From contig CAKKNE010000001.1 of the NCBI GenBank assembly GCA_918797485.1, positions 5,580,001 through 5,644,000 of the forward strand: a stretch of 64,000 bases of DNA, written 5' to 3'. The notes under the pieces were generated by a model, which saw nothing but the letters and a program-made list of their open reading frames with translations, did not search any database and was not told where the DNA came from. Each line of letters starts with the position of its first letter. The first letter of the stretch is position 1. This stretch comes from Pelagomonas calceolata. Its lineage: Eukaryota. The translations under genes and the position numbers were made by a program. Positions 60,376 to 64,000 of this stretch are shown piece by piece.

Positions 60376-61557
60376 ATGATGCTGCCGGCGCTCCGCAGAG
60401 CCTGCACTGCTTCACGGCTCCGCCTCGCCTCGCGCTACGCATCGGATTTCGGTAGGCGAAATGGCGGTGCCATCGCGAACAAGGCGTCAATCCTCTCAGA
60501 CGTCGACGACGCGCTGACGGGCGGGCGACCGCCAGACCTCGAAGTGCTGCTCGCCGATCATCTGACAGCGGTGGACTCGCCGGCGGCTGAATGGGCGCAC
60601 ACGCTCTTCCTGCGCTACGGCCACGTGTCCGTCCGATACACGACGTCAGATGGCCGGCAACGCGTCATGAACATTCTCGGAGGCGTCGAGGGCGCCGACA
60701 TGGTGAATATGGTGGAGCCAAGCGATTATCTCTACGGCACCCATGGCTGGGACACGTACGCGCAGCAGGGCGGCGCCTACAACCGCGACTTCGTGGGCGT
60801 CCGAGTGGAGCGGTGTGCACCGGGCGCCATCGACGCTTTGCACGCGTATTACGAGGCCCTGAACAAGCGCTCGCACATCGAAGACGGGGGCGCGCAGTTC
60901 CAGCTCGTCGACGCGCGGCTCTCGACGTTGGCAGCGCAATTGCCGCCGCCGCTCGGCCGGCTGGTCGCGGGCGCGGCTGGTCAGCTGAAGAACGCGACGG
61001 AGTTCCTCGTGCGCGGGAAGCGGTCCGCACCCGGGGCGAAGGCGCATCAAATCGTGGCCGACGAGTTTCGTCATGCCAGAAAGACCGCGGGCAACTGCGC
61101 GCAGTGGACGTCTTCAGGAATAGTATTTGCCGGGCTAATCCCCCGCACGCGCTTGTTCCCGAAATCTATTCTCATCGACTTGCTGGAGAGCGAGACGCGG
61201 CACGGGCGCGAAAAGAACGTGCACGTTATATTATACGAGCACGTCAAGGCCGCGCCGCCGTACCTCGAGGGCTTCCGGTTCAAGCGACCGGCGTTCGTGC
61301 ATCCGCTCTCGCCGGCACGAAATCTGATTTACTCAAATATGCGAGACTTCGCCGATATTATCGTGAGCGTGAAGGACGAGAGGGCAGTCGTCGACAGGAT
61401 GAAGAGCCCGCGCCGGCCGCCACCCTGGCTTCCCATGTGGCGCGCCGCGTCGGTCGGCGGCCCGACTTTGATACTCGTCGGCGCCGTCGACCACATCGGG
61501 CCCATGGGCCCCGTCGCCGCCGCGGTGTGGCTCGGGATGTGTTGGTGGTTGTATTAA
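60376..61557 (+). CDS. Hypothetical mitochondrial-type protein, possible permuted papain/NlpC-P60 fold
   Basis: Transit-like leader; YGHVSV...AGNCAQWTS; C-terminal hydrophobic helices. Confidence 0.6.
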   Translation: MMLPALRRACTASRLRLASRYASDFGRRNGGAIANKASILSDVDDALTGGRPPDLEVLLADHLTAVDSPAAEWAHTLFLRYGHVSVRYTTSDGRQRVMNILGGVEGADMVNMVEPSDYLYGTHGWDTYAQQGGAYNRDFVGVRVERCAPGAIDALHAYYEALNKRSHIEDGGAQFQLVDARLSTLAAQLPPPLGRLVAGAAGQLKNATEFLVRGKRSAPGAKAHQIVADEFRHARKTAGNCAQWTSSGIVFAGLIPRTRLFPKSILIDLLESETRHGREKNVHVILYEHVKAAPPYLEGFRFKRPAFVHPLSPARNLIYSNMRDFADIIVSVKDERAVVDRMKSPRRPPPWLPMWRAASVGGPTLILVGAVDHIGPMGPVAAAVWLGMCWWLY

Positions 61558-61579
61558 ATAAGTACTGTTACACAAAATT

Positions 61580-63047
61580 TCACACAAGCTCGAGGACGGC
61601 GTCGCGCAGCCGCTCTAGATCGTCGTCCGACGTATATACCGCGTGCGAGAGGCGGAGGAAGCCTCCATCCGGGAAGCCGCCGACGGCCGCCTCGACCCCA
61701 TAGCCGTCGCCTGTGTGGAAATCAACCCATGTGTCGGGTGCACCCGACAATTCTTCACTAAGTCATTTCTCGACGATGACGCGGCCGTGCTGGCTCTGTC
61801 GAGCGATGAGGAACCGGCATCGCCACGCCATCGAGCAGGCGGCGCGTCGATGGCGTGGAGGACGACGCGAAGATTCAGCACGAACGCGCCGTAAAATTTT
61901 GATTTCCACACAGGCCGTCGCGCAGCCGCGATCGGACGGAGTCGGGGCCGACGGGCTGCCCCGGTACGTCCCGAGATAAGTCGAGGCCCGCGGGTAAGCG
62001 CACCATACCCATGGATCCGAGACACTCCTCGTGGTACGGCGCGTCGACAGACCAAGCCGCGGACAACTCGTCGACGGCGCGCCGCAGGCCTACTCGATTG
62101 AACTCCGGCGTGGCGAGCCCGTCGAGCGACCGCCAGTCGCGGAGGTACGCCAACGCCGCCGGGACCGCGCGCATCGCGGCGTAGTCCCGCGTGCCCGTCC
62201 AGCGACACTCCGCCGCGAAGTCGCCCGCTCCCCAGGACGGAACGACGTGCCGCAGCCCACGGAGCGAGTGTAGGATCGTGGCCGTCGGCGCCGCGAACGC
62301 CCACTTGTGGAGGTTGGAGAAGAAGTAGTCCGCGCCGATGGCGTCGACGTTAATTGGAACCTGCCCCAGGGCGTGCGCGCCGTCCACCGCAACTTCAGCG
62401 ACGCCGCGGCGCCGACAGAGCGCCACCATCTCGGCGACGGGGCAGACAACAGCCGGTTGCGACGAAACATGATCGATGATTACGTAGCGCGGGTCGTGCT
62501 GTTTCAGTGCTTGGTCGAGCCAGTCCAGAATGTGCGCATGCGTCGTGCCCGGGAAGGGAAACGGCCACTCCTTGACGCGCTGCGGGCCGAAGGCCGCGAG
62601 CGCCGAGGCCTTGACGCCGCCGTAGGCGTTCGCAGGCAGCAGGACCGTGCCGTCCAGCTGACACCAGCGCCGGAAGACGATCGCGGCAGCCACTGTCGCG
62701 TTCTCCACGAGTGAAGTCTCCTCAGCCGGAGCGCCGATCGCGTCGGCCGCGGCGGCCGTCGCCTCTTGCAAGTCGGCGTCGAGCGCTCCCGAAAAGTAGT
62801 CCTCGTCCGGTTGCGCGAGCCAGCGCGCACGGCAAGCCTCCGTCGCTGCTAGAACCGGCGCGGGCGTGGCCCCAAACGAGCCGTGATTCAGCCGTGCAAT
62901 GCCAGGAGCATGGTGGTCGAAGTCCGATGCGAATTTCGCAGCGCTACGGCGCGTGAAGGTCGATGAAGAGGCTGCCCTCCTTGAGATGGCTGCCCTTGTT
63001 CTAGATACAGATGGCAGCTTCGTCAAAGGAAGCGAGCGCAGGCGCAT
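61580..63047 (-). CDS. PLP-dependent class V aminotransferase (C-S lyase; Egt2/L-cysteine desulfhydrase/CefD-like); exons 61922-63047 and 61580-61710
   Basis: LNHGSFGATP, VENAT, VDGAHALGQ, SNLHKW and GTRDY; spliced tail LRDGYGVE...FLRLSHAVYT..DLERLRDAV. Confidence 0.88.
61711..61913. mobile_element. Introner element (203 bp, non-autonomous TIR element)
   Basis: Perfect 15-bp TIR CTGTGTGGAAATCAA / TTGATTTCCACACAG; perfect 8-bp TSD GCCGTCGC (61703-61710, 61914-61921). Confidence 0.93.
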
Positions 63048-63131
63048 CGCATCAATATTTTGGGCTGCGGAATGCAGCGATTTGCCTCGATACGACCGTA
63101 CGCTCTCCTGTTTTATAAATACGCTTCCGAA

Positions 63132-63160
63132 CTTGCTAGTATGTCTTACAGGCCGCTAGC
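63132..63160 (+). promoter_or_regulatory. Conserved intergenic motif copy (CTTGCTAGTATGTCTTACAGGCCGCTAGC)
   Basis: Consensus with a 2-nt insertion; divergent region. Confidence 0.6.
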
Positions 63161-63345
63161 TAATTCACTGAGCCTTATTGCCAGCACGCTACAAAGCCAT
63201 ACGAGTACCGCGCGGGTGCCGTTGGAAGCGTGACGCAACCGCCGCAACGCCTTGCGCTGGAACTCTGCGCTGGAACTCGGAGTTTTGCCGCTGCATAGCC
63301 AAAAAGGCTCTCACTGTGGCAAAGGCCATCTGAGGCGCGGACAAA

Positions 63346-64000
63346 ATGGTCACAGCGTACGGAAGTGACGTGGAAGCCATGAAGAGCAGCGTCCGCGCCA
63401 TGAGCGTCCGCGACCTCAAGGCGGCGCTGCTAGCGGAGGGCATGCCGCCGCAGACGCTGGCCACGTTCGTCGAGAAGAAGGAGTTCCAGGACCGGCTCAT
63501 CAGCAAGTGGCAGCAGAACATGATCAACGAAATGGCGTGTGGCCGCGGTCTCGGAGGCCCGGAGGAGATACGCGAGCAACTGAAGACGTTTCAGAAGCCC
63601 TCCGACGTGCCCGCGTCCGAGCGGATCCCGGACCTGCCCGACGACGTCGTGCTGGGCATCTACTGCTCATATCCGGCCGACGAGGTACCCGTCAGCGCGG
63701 CGACGCTCGAAGCGCTGAACGCCATCGTGTCCGGGGCGCCGTCGCCGCCGGAGGTGCGCGCGCGGTGGCCGCGCAGCGCGGGCGGAGGGGCGGACCCGGT
63801 CGCCAGCCTGCGCCTCTTCGACAGGGGCGACGCAAAGGTTCTGGCCTTTGCGTTCGACTCGCCCCGGGACGCGATGCTCTGGGTCTGGAAGGTCAACTAC
63901 CAGATCTTCGCGGGCGAAGGGGCGCTGCTCATCCACACGCAGAACCTGCCTCCCGAGTACCACGGCTTCCGCATCACGACGACGCTGCACTACATCATGA
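63346..64000 (+). CDS. Hypothetical protein (3' partial) with SAP/ARMET-like N-terminal motif
   Basis: Open frame from ATG 63346 to the window end: MVTAYGSDVEAMK..MSVRDLKAALLAEG..FVEKKEF. Confidence 0.6.
   Translation, partial: MVTAYGSDVEAMKSSVRAMSVRDLKAALLAEGMPPQTLATFVEKKEFQDRLISKWQQNMINEMACGRGLGGPEEIREQLKTFQKPSDVPASERIPDLPDDVVLGIYCSYPADEVPVSAATLEALNAIVSGAPSPPEVRARWPRSAGGGADPVASLRLFDRGDAKVLAFAFDSPRDAMLWVWKVNYQIFAGEGALLIHTQNLPPEYHGFRITTTLHYIM

Noticed and set aside
3785..63160. The 28-bp motif as a CRISPR repeat or integron attC-like site
   Set aside because: Copies are kilobases apart, in both orientations, in eukaryotic DNA, with no cas or integrase gene.
1..64000. tRNA, rRNA or autonomous transposase genes
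   Set aside because: None recognised by eye; tRNAscan-SE and Infernal would be needed to exclude small RNAs.

Overview
Gene-dense, GC-rich eukaryotic nuclear DNA. It has spliceosomal introns, a histone H2A/H2B pair, MAD1, RPA32, flagellar RSP3 and Tctex1, and plastid-targeted proteins with bipartite 'ASAF'-type leaders. Together these point to a photosynthetic stramenopile, most likely a pelagophyte (Pelagomonas/Aureococcus-like); this is an inference. About 45 protein genes are packed mostly as divergent/convergent pairs. Main non-coding signals: (1) a ~24-28 bp motif GCTTGCTAGTGTCTTACAGGCCGCTAGC in at least 12 intergenic copies, mostly one per divergent promoter; (2) introner elements with TIR CTGTGTGGAAATCA(A) and 8-bp target-site duplications that supply the splice donor, plus older decayed relatives; (3) a ~220 bp palindromic H2A/H2B promoter and histone-type 3' stem-loops; (4) a 131-bp MITE. 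Notable proteins are a Cys-less pentameric ligand-gated ion channel-like protein with a C-terminal WWE-like domain, a GT41 plus methyltransferase fusion, and a glycosyltransferase/TPR-family chimeric junction. All domain calls come from reading motifs by eye; no database searches were run.
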